DNA of 51,668 bases. Source: Stramenopiles sp. TOSAG23-6. Taxonomy: Eukaryota. The position numbers and the translations under genes were made by a program. This document shows, piece by piece, positions 10,633 to 21,444 of this stretch. Below the pieces are notes generated by a model. That model had not been told where the DNA came from and ran no database searches. It saw only the letters and a program-made list of their open reading frames with translations. How positions within the stretch are numbered: the stretch's first letter is position 1; every line of letters begins with the position of its first letter. Where the stretch lies: NCBI GenBank assembly GCA_900128565.1, contig LT635921.1:1-51668 (forward strand). Reading direction: 5' to 3'.

Positions 10633-11439
10633 ATGAGTTTAAGCAGTGACAAAAGCATTGCTCGTGCTTCAGTTTCTAGTGATTTGATTTCTTCAGAGTC
10701 CTCAGATGACGTTAACCTTCAAAAGAAACTTATTCAACCAGCTCAAGTGCTTTTAGAACAGAATTTGAAGAGCGTTTCTAAAAATGAAGCGGATGAAGTA
10801 CTACTGGCTGAAAATACAAATGCAGTTTGTATAGAGAAAGAGTCCATGAAATTAAATGGGGATTCTGAGTCGAGTACTCGTTTTGAACAAATTGAGGACA
10901 CTTTAATTAAAGAAGACATCGGAGAGCACCCGTTTAGTATTGGAGATGAAAGTATTGCCAATGAAAAAACATCATTTGAAATGGTAATTCCATTAGAAAA
11001 GATTGAAAATGGAGTGCGAGTTGCGAATACTGTGATAACTGCGGCGAGTGACGCTGTTAGAAATAGTGATGCTTTAAAAACTACCTCTGTTGCTATTTCG
11101 AAAGCCTCATCAGCAGTAATAGAAAACACGATATCAGTCATAGAAAATACAGCAACAAGTGTAGAAGACGCAGCAACGGCTTTTTATACTTCTGCAAAAC
11201 CTGCTTTTGAGAGCGCTTCAACTCAAATCAGTGATTGGTTTTCATCCTTTTTGGACGACACTATTACTGAAAATTCTAGCAATCACGAAAACGACAATAA
11301 TAAAAATCCTCCTGATCCTCCTGGTATAAACAAAAATACTGTCGACAATACTGCAAATCCTCCTGGTATAAGCAAAAATACTGTGGACAACACTGCAAAT
11401 CCTCCTAGTGTAAGCAATCATGACGATGCACTTTGCTAA
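10633..11439 (+). CDS. Hypothetical acidic, low-complexity protein with C-terminal 14-aa repeats
   Basis: 268-aa ORF with ATG in a good context (gcaccATG); no recognisable domain. Confidence 0.7.
   Translation: MSLSSDKSIARASVSSDLISSESSDDVNLQKKLIQPAQVLLEQNLKSVSKNEADEVLLAENTNAVCIEKESMKLNGDSESSTRFEQIEDTLIKEDIGEHPFSIGDESIANEKTSFEMVIPLEKIENGVRVANTVITAASDAVRNSDALKTTSVAISKASSAVIENTISVIENTATSVEDAATAFYTSAKPAFESASTQISDWFSSFLDDTITENSSNHENDNNKNPPDPPGINKNTVDNTANPPGISKNTVDNTANPPSVSNHDDALC
11317..11417 (+). repeat. 42-bp coding tandem repeat (PPGI[N/S]KNTVDNTAN, x2.4)
   Basis: cctcctggtataa.caaaaatactgt.gacaa.actgcaaat is repeated. Confidence 0.9.
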
Positions 11440-11536
11440 CTACAAAATCTGTTAGTGTAAATTTTCTATGTTTTTAAAAGTATAAAAGAAACGTTTATAA
11501 TATGAATTTTATCACAGAAAAACACAACATATATAT

Positions 11537-13606
11537 TTAATCCCAATATTTAATGAGACCATCCCAGCCACATGTAGCAACTTTACTCTTCTCGGTAGGG
11601 TGCCATATAGCACCAATACATGGCCCATTATTATGTGCTTTCAATTTACGATAGACAAATCTTGTTTTTCTGTCCCAGAACCAAAGTTTACCATCACCAT
11701 CACCGGACATGATAAATTGTCCATTTGGTGAGAATCCAACTTGACATGCAAATCCTGCATTAATATGACCTTTGTACACAATATTTTTTACTTTTCGTAT
11801 ATCAGGTATACTATATGTAACGATTTGGTTATCAAGAGATTGGCCCATTATATGTTTGCCGTCAGGAGATAATGTCATAGATGGTATTGAGAACAAATCT
11901 GCATCACCACTTGTATGTTTTACTGGAACAGGTACGCCATAGTCCCATCGAATAATAGACCTATCATCAGCAGTTGTTACAAACCCCTTTGGTTTAAAGC
12001 ATGTGATTGTATGGACTGGTCCAGTATGATGATCATACTCTTGTTCCACTTCTCCAGTTCTAACATCGTATTGTACAATTTTCTGACTACTTGTTCCAAT
12101 AAGAACTGAGTTATTATCATATTTATAATAAGTGATACAATACGGTATCTTATTACCAGTATAATCACCAATACATTGTCCAGTTTCCGTATCCCAACGT
12201 TTTGCAGTCCTATCCATTGAAGCAGAAACAAAAGTTGTTGAATCATCACTAAAGCTGATGTCACGAACACCTTGAGAATGTCCCATATATGTCCGACGAC
12301 ATTGACGATCATTGTGTACATCCCATATCTTAATTTTTGTATCATAAGACGCAGATAAAAGTAGATGACCATAACCAGGAGAAAATTCAATCTTTTGTAC
12401 ACCTTTAGTGTGCCCAGTCCACGTATGAAGACATTTCTTGGGAATAAAACATTTTTCATTTTCCCAATCCTCGTACTCTTTTGGTCTAAGACTAGAATCA
12501 GGTTGGTTCCAAGGACGCCCTTGATAATCTCTTTGACTATTACCATGGAAAATTGTCTTACACTTATCCATAGTAATGCCTCTTGACCAATTTACATGAG
12601 GACCTTCACCTTTACTGAACGTCATTGCTTGCGCTTTATCATTTCTATCTTGATTTAATTGCTCAATTTCTTTCCTGTCCTTGGCTGCTACCTCCTCAGC
12701 ATCTGAATCATCATCAGAGTAAACTCCCACATCATCAACCTTGAAATTGTATTCCTCACCCAATTGCGCTTTGTATTTGGCAGCACCCAAACGATATTTT
12801 CTCTGATCTTTTGTCAATGTATGAGCCTCTACATCAGTAGGAACACATTGTTGTATACCAGATGTAACTTCCGTTGCCCAAGGATTGCCAGCGTTACCAA
12901 AACCATCATCCATTGCATCATCATCAGCTAATAATTTCTGTTTCCAGGCTTCTGCCTTTTTCCTACGTTGCCCTTTAGTAAGACGCTTTTTTTTATTATT
13001 CTTAATAATTTGATCATTCAAATATTTAGATTTATCTGATGCCAAGAAACCGGTGGATTTTGAAGCTAAACTATTTTGCGGTTGATTGATCAATACATTA
13101 CCATGTACAGAATAAGCTTGACCCGTGTTTTGGTAATCTTTATACATTTCTTCAAAAGAATCAACATTAACAGAAGTTTTTTCTGCTACACCCGCATTTA
13201 CAAGCTTACCATCATATCCTTTCATACGTACACCTACATTAGGTTGTGTGGGACCTTCAGTGGGTGCATATAAATCGACAGCTAGAGGATTGTGTGTAAG
13301 CTCTGAGTTCTCTTTGAGGAAGGTTAATGCTAGAGAGCTGTTTTTATCGGGAGCAACAACCGGCGCGATTGTTGTACATATAGATGCCTTTTGTATCTGG
13401 GCAGAAAATGATCGTGGATCAAGTGGCAGGCGTTGGCCATGTGCTGCCATTTTCTTTGCTAGCATCCGGCTTTTCTTTACAGCTTGTGCTGAAGTATCAA
13501 CTCTCCCACGTTTTCCAGTTTTAACGCTCGAAGCTTTACGTTGCTCGGAGGTGCTTTGTCCCTCTTCATCAGAACTCGAGCCATAGGAAGCAAGAAACTC
13601 CATCAA
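11537..13606 (-). CDS. CDC40: Pre-mRNA-processing factor 17 (second-step splicing factor, WD40)
   Basis: LYAPTEGP (cf. human FAPEFGP), DYQGR, CFIPKK..HTWTGHTKGV, YGHLLLS, WD40 repeats and the C-terminus WHPTEKSKVATCGWDGLIKYWD are all typical of PRP17. Confidence 0.95.
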   Translation of the reverse strand: MMEFLASYGSSSDEEGQSTSEQRKASSVKTGKRGRVDTSAQAVKKSRMLAKKMAAHGQRLPLDPRSFSAQIQKASICTTIAPVVAPDKNSSLALTFLKENSELTHNPLAVDLYAPTEGPTQPNVGVRMKGYDGKLVNAGVAEKTSVNVDSFEEMYKDYQNTGQAYSVHGNVLINQPQNSLASKSTGFLASDKSKYLNDQIIKNNKKKRLTKGQRRKKAEAWKQKLLADDDAMDDGFGNAGNPWATEVTSGIQQCVPTDVEAHTLTKDQRKYRLGAAKYKAQLGEEYNFKVDDVGVYSDDDSDAEEVAAKDRKEIEQLNQDRNDKAQAMTFSKGEGPHVNWSRGITMDKCKTIFHGNSQRDYQGRPWNQPDSSLRPKEYEDWENEKCFIPKKCLHTWTGHTKGVQKIEFSPGYGHLLLSASYDTKIKIWDVHNDRQCRRTYMGHSQGVRDISFSDDSTTFVSASMDRTAKRWDTETGQCIGDYTGNKIPYCITYYKYDNNSVLIGTSSQKIVQYDVRTGEVEQEYDHHTGPVHTITCFKPKGFVTTADDRSIIRWDYGVPVPVKHTSGDADLFSIPSMTLSPDGKHIMGQSLDNQIVTYSIPDIRKVKNIVYKGHINAGFACQVGFSPNGQFIMSGDGDGKLWFWDRKTRFVYRKLKAHNNGPCIGAIWHPTEKSKVATCGWDGLIKYWD

Positions 13607-14016
13607 TATTTTGGATCCACAGTTTCACGTTATGATTAACTCAACTGTAAATGGTCAGGAGTCTAATGAGAGGCAGTCCGTAGCAGAGGAACTTGTTGAT
13701 TACGTATTTGGAGGAGAAGGCGATAGACACACGTCCCTGGAGTCGAAAAAGTCGTGGTAATACAGACTCTCTCTACGGAACGAAGAGTCAAGACCGAAAG
13801 AGGTTCGCTCGAGTCGAGCAGGTAGCACAAAAAATTTTAAATTCGAAATTCGGTCGAGCCGTCGACAGAATATAATAATTGTGAAACTGTTGCCTTCCTT
13901 GATTTGTTCTCTACTACTCTCACATAACTGGCATTTCTATCCATATTTCTCTTTCTACCTTCTCCAGAGGCAAAAGTATTTCATTACACGAGATATACTA
14001 TCTTTGCACATCATAT

Positions 14017-15309
14017 ATGAATAGTTGTCCGCCATCACGGAAATTACGAAGGGTAGTACCGAGTACCTACAATATAAGTTGTAGAGTCACACATACGAAG
14101 AGTACTGCTTTTTCTCATTTTTCTTTTTCTCGCGAGAGTAAAACCAAGGGAGTATTGTCTGTATCGTTTTCAAAAGATGGGATTCAAGTCGTTACAGAGA
14201 ATATTTCATTATCACTAAATGAACTTGATGCAGTAAAGCGTCTCATAACTTTATCAGAAATGACTCATTGGGCTACAGGGTATCAAACATTCAATGACGA
14301 GATTGAAGTAGGTGAAGTAGGTGAATGGATCCTTTATATAAACTTATTTCTTAGAGGTCAACGGTGGTCACATTCAGACAATAGAATAATTTCACAAAAT
14401 CAACCTTGGTGCACACATACCCGATGTAATTATGGATCAGATTCGAATCTTGAAGAGTTTCGTAATCAACACTTAAATCATATGAAAAATACACAAAAAC
14501 AGTGTAATTCTATAATAAAGTCACAAAAACAGTGTAACTCTATAAAGTCGGGAAATAATCCAACAAAGAAAAGTTTTTTTGGTTCAAAGGATAATACTCA
14601 AGATATCGGAGAACAAGATATTTACTGCACTCCAAACTACATTAGATCTAGAGAGAAATTATTACATACACTTAAAAATTTGAATCATCTTGTTGAAATA
14701 TTACTAAATGGACGAATTCAGCAAAAAGATTTGGCATTACCAGTGTTTATTGAATCCACAAATACAGGAAAAATATTTCCCCCAAGAAAGAATACTTTTG
14801 AAAATAGATATACTACAAAAGAAACTAAAATACATAAAATAAACCACAAATATAGCTATCCTAAATTCTTCCCAAGGAAAGACCAAAAATCAAAGAAAAA
14901 TGGGATTCATAGAAAAAAGGAAAATAGAATTCATACAAAAAAGACTTGGTTATCTCCTTTTACAAAACGAAAGATGTGCCGTGAAAACGATAAATCACCA
15001 CAAAAACAGTTGAAAGATAATTCCTGTACAAATACAAAAAAACATGAAATATTGGCAAATGATTTAATAGTTGAAGGATCACAGTCTGTACTAAGTAGAA
15101 ATTCAGATAGATACACCGAAAGTCATGCTAGAGAATCTTTGCTTGATGATTTGGATACCAAAATCTCTTCCAAAGAACAAAATTATGAAAGATCTGTTGT
15201 ATCTCCTATAAATGGATGGTTAAATGAAAACAATGTGATAAATAGTGAACACGAAACTAGAGCTTTTGAAACTATCGAAGTCGGAATATATAAGTATAAT
15301 AATTCGTAA
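14017..15309 (+). CDS. Hypothetical protein
   Basis: 430-aa ORF that fits the alternating gene pattern; short internal duplication QKQCNSI x2; no recognised domain. Confidence 0.6.
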   Translation: MNSCPPSRKLRRVVPSTYNISCRVTHTKSTAFSHFSFSRESKTKGVLSVSFSKDGIQVVTENISLSLNELDAVKRLITLSEMTHWATGYQTFNDEIEVGEVGEWILYINLFLRGQRWSHSDNRIISQNQPWCTHTRCNYGSDSNLEEFRNQHLNHMKNTQKQCNSIIKSQKQCNSIKSGNNPTKKSFFGSKDNTQDIGEQDIYCTPNYIRSREKLLHTLKNLNHLVEILLNGRIQQKDLALPVFIESTNTGKIFPPRKNTFENRYTTKETKIHKINHKYSYPKFFPRKDQKSKKNGIHRKKENRIHTKKTWLSPFTKRKMCRENDKSPQKQLKDNSCTNTKKHEILANDLIVEGSQSVLSRNSDRYTESHARESLLDDLDTKISSKEQNYERSVVSPINGWLNENNVINSEHETRAFETIEVGIYKYNNS

Positions 15310-15487
15310 ATTTCAGCTGATTCCATTGAAGAATTTAGAAGAATTTTTAAGCATTTTCAAATAAAGTTTATGTTTATTTTGTATTTTGAAAGGATAATAA
15401 TTTGCTACAGCAATTAATCGTATTTAAATAGTACGTAGATTTCCTTTCAATGTAACATATATATTGCATGAAATATAATTAAGAACT

Positions 15488-17308
15488 TTACCGTTTTTGA
15501 CTTAATGATAAACAGTTTGCTCTAAGAAGCTTGGATATTTCATCAGCTTGAGAACCGCTATCCAATCGAGATATAACATCGGCTTTAAATCGTTTCCCCC
15601 ATTCAGTATACAGAGCAAGTGTCTTCTTGAAACTAGCATTAGTCAATACAAAATATTCACAATTCGTTTTTGCTCTCACTGTTGCTGATCTTGGTTGTTC
15701 TACGATGAGTGATATTTCACCAAAGAAAGATCCTGCAGGAAGAGTCGCTATATGCTGATTTTCCTTGGAAGTTACATCTACGCAACCACTATGTAACATA
15801 TACATTTCTGTTCCATGTTCGTCAACTCGAAATATATAATCACCAGCAATACACATCCCTGGTTGGATACAACGGACAATATTTTGAATAACACCTACCG
15901 GGGCGTTTTTAAATATATCTGCACGAGCTACGAACACACGATACATTTGTATTCGAAGGCGGCTATGCATATGATAGGGTAAATATTTGTTACAGATCAT
16001 AGTCAAGCGATTAGATGCGGATTTGCGACGCCACTGTACTGTAGCGTATCTTTTCATTTTATCGCAAAATACTTTTGGAAGTGATTTCTTGTTTCGACGC
16101 AGGAACATACCAAATGAACCAAAAAACTCTTTGCGTATTTTTGAGTTATAGTTGACTGCATCTAAATAGACGGTAATAGCACCCAAAATGGATGCATAAA
16201 AAATTATTCCAATGAGGTATATAAAAATAAAGAAAAGCCGCTCTATATTAGTAACTGGCGCAACATCTCCAAATCCTACTGTAGAAAGGGTCGTAACAGC
16301 AAAATAAAGTACAGTGATATATTGAGTGGCTTTGCCTGCCATATTTGCAGATACCATTATTCCTGCTCCAGTAACTCCACAGTTTTGGATACTCGCATCA
16401 CAGACCCCAGCAGATTCTTGAGCAACCCATGGAACTCCAGTAAAATTAGTACCAAATGATCCCAAACCACCTGTTACGGCTGACTCCACTGAAGATACAA
16501 AGAAAAAAAAACACCCTAGGTAATGGCACGCCAGAAGAAAGTATGACAAAACTTCAATTATCCCACTGACAGGTGAATTACTTCGTATCCATCGAACTGC
16601 AGGTTTAACAGTGTGATAGACTCGTTTGAAACGTGCAAGTCTTGCAAAGAGAAGTAAATCAAAAATGAATCTTACATTCAAGCGACCACTACAGCACAGC
16701 GTAGAATTGTTATCGACAAAAAGGCGACCCCAGTCAGCGAAGCATAGAATATCGAATATGAGACCTGTCTTATCTTCAGCGTAACCCATAAAAATCTTTT
16801 GCCGATCAGTAGTATAATACTTACCTTCCTCAGTTTGAAGGATATAACTCTTTTTATTATCTATACCCATTTCATGTGCAATTTCTTCATCTATACGGTC
16901 ATGACAGTCTTCCAGTATCCGAGCTGTAAAAAATGTTAAAATAACATCAATCATGAAGAAAATGCTTAAGACAAACTCATGTGGAAAGTTGATGTCAAAT
17001 GCAATTGCAAGTGGGGTAGTAATCACCGTAACGCAACACAATATAAAAATTAATAAATCGAAATACCATTTTTTCTCAGGCAGAATGACGCATACTTTAG
17101 AATTATTCAGGAACTTAATGAAGTTTCTCTGTTGTAAAAGCGCTTTATTTTGAAAAGCTAGCCTGAAAGATGTTGATTTTGGTGAAGTAGGTGGTGCAAA
17201 TACTAGGTTTCGTGTTTCAGCTGCTACAGGTGGATGCATAGTATTTATTTCAGCGATTGATGCAGTTTTACATACGCTATTATTGTCAGCAGGTACTATA
17301 TGTGACAT
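15488..17308 (-). CDS. Cyclic-nucleotide-binding-domain K+ channel (EAG/HCN/CNGK-like)
   Basis: Six TM segments, S4 LLFARLARFKRV, pore TTLSTVGFGD, cNMP-binding domain GSFFGEISL...PRSATVRA. Confidence 0.93.
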   Translation of the reverse strand: MSHIVPADNNSVCKTASIAEINTMHPPVAAETRNLVFAPPTSPKSTSFRLAFQNKALLQQRNFIKFLNNSKVCVILPEKKWYFDLLIFILCCVTVITTPLAIAFDINFPHEFVLSIFFMIDVILTFFTARILEDCHDRIDEEIAHEMGIDNKKSYILQTEEGKYYTTDRQKIFMGYAEDKTGLIFDILCFADWGRLFVDNNSTLCCSGRLNVRFIFDLLLFARLARFKRVYHTVKPAVRWIRSNSPVSGIIEVLSYFLLACHYLGCFFFFVSSVESAVTGGLGSFGTNFTGVPWVAQESAGVCDASIQNCGVTGAGIMVSANMAGKATQYITVLYFAVTTLSTVGFGDVAPVTNIERLFFIFIYLIGIIFYASILGAITVYLDAVNYNSKIRKEFFGSFGMFLRRNKKSLPKVFCDKMKRYATVQWRRKSASNRLTMICNKYLPYHMHSRLRIQMYRVFVARADIFKNAPVGVIQNIVRCIQPGMCIAGDYIFRVDEHGTEMYMLHSGCVDVTSKENQHIATLPAGSFFGEISLIVEQPRSATVRAKTNCEYFVLTNASFKKTLALYTEWGKRFKADVISRLDSGSQADEISKLLRANCLSLSQKR

Positions 17309-17527
17309 GCTTCTATAAATGAAAGAATTTGTTGAAAGGATTTAAAAATATACTGTGTGTACTAATCGTGGATGTACGTGGAAGATCTGACCGGTGCCTC
17401 AGAAAACCCCCGATATATAGAAATCAAATAGCCCCGATGTCAAAAAATCACTGCTGGGTAGTCGTAGTGTAAAGAAGAGAGTCAACTCGAAAGTCGAATC
17501 TCGATTGTCGAGAGAGTAAATCCAAGT

Positions 17528-18616
17528 ATGTCTGGCGTTGCAGTTCCAAAGTCTGCTTACAAGTTATCGTCATATGAGTTGGCTCGTCTTGCGAATATAA
17601 AGCGAAATGAAGAGGTTTTGAGAAGTCTTGGGTTGGACCCAAAACGCTTCACAAAGAAATGTCCGAAAGAAAAAAGACCACTCAAACGCCGGATTGTAAG
17701 CCACGAACCGACTAGAAGGTCAAATCGACTGGCAAAATTAGAGACACCGGACTACAAAGAAGAACAAAACTACACTAACGAAGATAAATGTAAGCGTAGA
17801 CGTATCGATCCAATTTCAGAGATAGAAGGCCCTTGCGTTGAAGCTAGAGCGACCTCGAGACAAAAAGCTCTGGCTGCTCGACTTGAAAAGCAGAATCGTT
17901 CAAAGCGTGTTGCTACACCAATAAATTCCATCAAAGTTATTAATGTGGATGTGGAAAAGTTAGATAAAAATTGGCTTGGGAAAGTTATCCCCCCTCGTGG
18001 TGGTCAGGTAAAAGCTGCTGTTATGGATCTTGCTGGTGGTCAGCGAGTTCGCTTCAGTAGAATGAGCGGAATACAAGCTTGGCATAATGCGATACTATTG
18101 TTTATAAATGTGTATGGTGATGAATATAAGAATGTTTTTCTTGATTCTGGTCGCGAAATAACATGGTTTGCACAAAATTCGCAGTGGGAAGGCACTCCAG
18201 TGATTCAAAGATTAATTAACTCCAGTGGTGGAATTGTAACGTATGATATCGATGGTAGGTTGGAAGAAGAAGAGTGGGATGAAACCCCTGTGTTGTTATT
18301 CTGTAGAGTCAAAGGTAGTGGATACACTTATTGTGGACGTTTGGAGTACGTAGCGCATAACCCAGAAGAATTGCCCATAAGATTTATATGGCGTCTTCGT
18401 GCATTTGATGGTTATAAAGAAGAATTTGTCAAGGATAGTAATGAAAATAATGGGAGTAATTTGACAAAAGATATAAATACTGACAAGAATAATTCCAATC
18501 AAGCACTAGGCAAAGATAAATCCTCAAAATCAAAAAGGAAAGTTAAACTCAGAGATTGTGCTGCATTTGCTGAACTTCTTGAGGAATGTAATTCTTTACT
18601 ACCAAAAGGATCTTAA
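17528..18616 (+). CDS. Nuclear protein with N-terminal SxYExxRxxNIxRNxxxLxSLGL helix and a C-terminal DUF3427/SRA(PUA)-like domain
   Basis: SSYELARLANIKRNEEVLRSLGL; basic linker with RRSNRL; LLFIN...YKNVF...ITWF.Q...VLLFCR...YTYCG pattern. Confidence 0.7.
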   Translation: MSGVAVPKSAYKLSSYELARLANIKRNEEVLRSLGLDPKRFTKKCPKEKRPLKRRIVSHEPTRRSNRLAKLETPDYKEEQNYTNEDKCKRRRIDPISEIEGPCVEARATSRQKALAARLEKQNRSKRVATPINSIKVINVDVEKLDKNWLGKVIPPRGGQVKAAVMDLAGGQRVRFSRMSGIQAWHNAILLFINVYGDEYKNVFLDSGREITWFAQNSQWEGTPVIQRLINSSGGIVTYDIDGRLEEEEWDETPVLLFCRVKGSGYTYCGRLEYVAHNPEELPIRFIWRLRAFDGYKEEFVKDSNENNGSNLTKDINTDKNNSNQALGKDKSSKSKRKVKLRDCAAFAELLEECNSLLPKGS

Positions 18617-18714
18617 TCTAAATTTACTCTTTTCTAGTACGATGAAGAACTGCCAAAACAAATACACATATGAAACAATAGAGAATGTAATAAAATATGT
18701 TTAATTGGATTACG

Positions 18715-21138
18715 CTATTTTGATGTATTCTTTAGTGTTTTCGTAACACTCATCTTACTTAAAGCTTTTGCTTCAATAGATGTTACTTTGACTACCTTCC
18801 GAGACTTTACTACACAAGGATGCTCATCACCAAAACATACAGCTCGTATACGCATAGCAGCTGTAAGACAAGATATGGCACGTTGTGCTGCATCTATAAT
18901 ACTAATTGACATATTTAATGAATCCCAGGTTTTTACATTTGTTCTTAAAAGTCGCATTAATCCATGACCATATAAACCATACAATGCTGCTAATCGTGGT
19001 GTTCCTATTGGAAGAATATCTTCCATTGTTTTTAATGCTATTGGGGTATAGCGAGCGACTACTTCTAAATTAGAAATACGTTTTGCAGAAGCAATGATTG
19101 CAAGAACACAGGAGTGTCGTAAAAAATGACATTGATGTAGCTGTGTCATGACAGGGCCACTTTCAACTTCTAATAAACATCTAAGCGCAGCTAAATGTTC
19201 ATCTGCTGAAATAAGATCAAGACCTCGTTGTAGTAATTCACCAGCATGATAAACTATTGCTTCATTTGCCTTTTCTTTTCCACCAATGGCAGCTTCAATT
19301 AACCAATCAGGAGACATTTTATCAGACAAAGAAGAAGCACATCTTTTACAACAACAATTGAAAAAGTACGCATCTCGAAGAAACTGCTGTCGTTGGAGCC
19401 GAGGTTGAAATGCATCTATGTAGCTAATGGTGAGTTCTTCACCCTGGGGAATGTCCCTTAATGCACGAAAAACTATTGTTTGGCCAGCATTCAAGAAGTA
19501 ATATGTTGCGTTAGGCAAACATGCATGATTGACATATGCAGCAGCAGGAAAGAGACCAAGACCAATACGACGTCTTGATGCTGCTAGTACAATAGGATAT
19601 GAGTTAAAACGCACTCGAAGGAATAAATTAGAAATAGTTTCGATAGAATACTTTCTCTTATTCTGATTATTGTTAATTTCTTTGTATATTTTACGTGATA
19701 ATTTCATAGTTTTTTGCCACTGTACAGGAGAACTTTTACGAAAATAATTTTCGTGTCCCACAAGATCGATGATATCATCGAAATTCAAAGGTTTATTCAA
19801 ACCATTGATATTGCAACTATCATTATTTTCAGAGTGTGTATCATTGGTACCAGAATTTGTATCAATATTTTTATCATCAGCAGCTTCACATTCTTTCAAA
19901 CCACGACGTAGTATAGCTAAAACCAATGATTTTGCTTCGTCATCTTTATCAAAAGATTTTGTATTTGTTTTATATGTTTTATGAGCTTTACAGCCAAACC
20001 CTAATGAAGGAGTTGACGGCATAAGTTTTATATCTTCAATAGTATCAGTAGTTGTTATATTCAATATGTCCACATTATTATTTTTTTGAAATGAATCACA
20101 GTATGTGACGGCATATGCATCAGCTGCCAAAGCTACATGCCCCCTCAGTATTCGGCGCTTTGCTACGAGTCGGCGACCTGTATTTGTTGAAAAACTCAGG
20201 GCTACTGGAGACGCTGAGTCTGAAAAGAAACTCGAAATTCCAATATTTTCTTCATTTTCTACATTACATTTAAAATTGGTTACATTATCAACAGCTTTTT
20301 TACATATAGTAGTTCTCAGTATATTGTCCGGTTGTTTCGTATTTGTTTTCTTTGGTTGCACATGAAGGTTTTTTTTTTTACTATTTTTTTCAGTTTTTTT
20401 ACTTTTTTTATTTTTGTCAGTAAAAATTCCAGAAAATGCTGCTTTTTCAGACATACGTCCTTTAATAACAGATTTCTCCAAGAGAGATATAACAGCTGTA
20501 TACTTGGCCCGAATAGCTTTATTTTGAGGATTTAGTGAAGCTGCTTTGCCTAAATCCGTCGAAGCACTTTCATATTGACATAACTCAGAACTCATCCGAG
20601 CCAATCCTCTGCGGTACAAAGCTTTTACATTATCTGGTTCTTGTTCTAATACTAAAGTACACCGCTTGGCTGCCAAAGCAAAACGTTTTAGTTTTAAGTA
20701 ACATTGTGCAACATTCAAATAAATTTTACGCCGCAAAACAGAGATATCCGAATGACAAGCTGGGCCGACAGGGCGAGGTAACGGAGGTGGTGAGAAATTT
20801 TGTGAACTTGGCGTATCGCTCGAACCACTCTTGATAAATCCTGGACGGTCAATGTAAGCTACATAGTTTAAAGCCTCCAAGTAAGATTCAAGCGCCTTTT
20901 TATATTTTCCTACCCGATATAATTTACCAGCAGCAATATTACAACGTTCAGCCATTGCAACAACAGACTTACCCACGCCACTAGGCTGCCCCTTCAGGTG
21001 GTTAGGATGTAGATGCCGTAAGTCAGGTGCTGTTGATTCACCAAGATCAACCTTATTTGAGACACTTTTTACATGAATATTTCCACCTTCCATCCCAGTA
21101 ATTTCGTAAAGCTGCTCATTCACTCCTCCAGGTGTCAT
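18715..21138 (-). CDS. TPR + SET-domain (SMYD-like) lysine methyltransferase; may have an extra upstream exon 21226-21259
   Basis: TPR YLNVAQCYLKL...NVKALYRRG; SET GRRLVAKRRI..G, AAYVNHACLPNA, GEELTISYI; post-SET YFFNCCCKRC. Confidence 0.9.
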   Translation of the reverse strand: MTPGGVNEQLYEITGMEGGNIHVKSVSNKVDLGESTAPDLRHLHPNHLKGQPSGVGKSVVAMAERCNIAAGKLYRVGKYKKALESYLEALNYVAYIDRPGFIKSGSSDTPSSQNFSPPPLPRPVGPACHSDISVLRRKIYLNVAQCYLKLKRFALAAKRCTLVLEQEPDNVKALYRRGLARMSSELCQYESASTDLGKAASLNPQNKAIRAKYTAVISLLEKSVIKGRMSEKAAFSGIFTDKNKKSKKTEKNSKKKNLHVQPKKTNTKQPDNILRTTICKKAVDNVTNFKCNVENEENIGISSFFSDSASPVALSFSTNTGRRLVAKRRILRGHVALAADAYAVTYCDSFQKNNNVDILNITTTDTIEDIKLMPSTPSLGFGCKAHKTYKTNTKSFDKDDEAKSLVLAILRRGLKECEAADDKNIDTNSGTNDTHSENNDSCNINGLNKPLNFDDIIDLVGHENYFRKSSPVQWQKTMKLSRKIYKEINNNQNKRKYSIETISNLFLRVRFNSYPIVLAASRRRIGLGLFPAAAYVNHACLPNATYYFLNAGQTIVFRALRDIPQGEELTISYIDAFQPRLQRQQFLRDAYFFNCCCKRCASSLSDKMSPDWLIEAAIGGKEKANEAIVYHAGELLQRGLDLISADEHLAALRCLLEVESGPVMTQLHQCHFLRHSCVLAIIASAKRISNLEVVARYTPIALKTMEDILPIGTPRLAALYGLYGHGLMRLLRTNVKTWDSLNMSISIIDAAQRAISCLTAAMRIRAVCFGDEHPCVVKSRKVVKVTSIEAKALSKMSVTKTLKNTSK

Positions 21139-21444
21139 TCTATCCAACTATGTTCAAACTATCTTAAGGTACTGACATTTTTATCTACCTTTTTGGAACA
21201 TACTACGAAATTTTTTTCTTCTTACGCGTGCTCGGGAGAAAATATTTTGACTTGCTCATTTGACTTGCTTCGTTACCCGGTTTACTATTTGATTTCCAAA
21301 ATTATTTATCACGACGAAAATTACAACCCGATTTCGTGGGTGACGAATAATTCCAGTGCCCTCCACGTGCCACCCCGACAACGAAGTAAACCAACTTATT
21401 TGCAAGCCTTGTTCTAACTAGATAATAGATTATTTGGTTCGAAG

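Noticed and set aside
14053..14138. Possible in-frame intron near the start of the 14017 ORF
   Set aside because: A pyrimidine tract is present, but the donor is weak and there is no homology to define boundaries.
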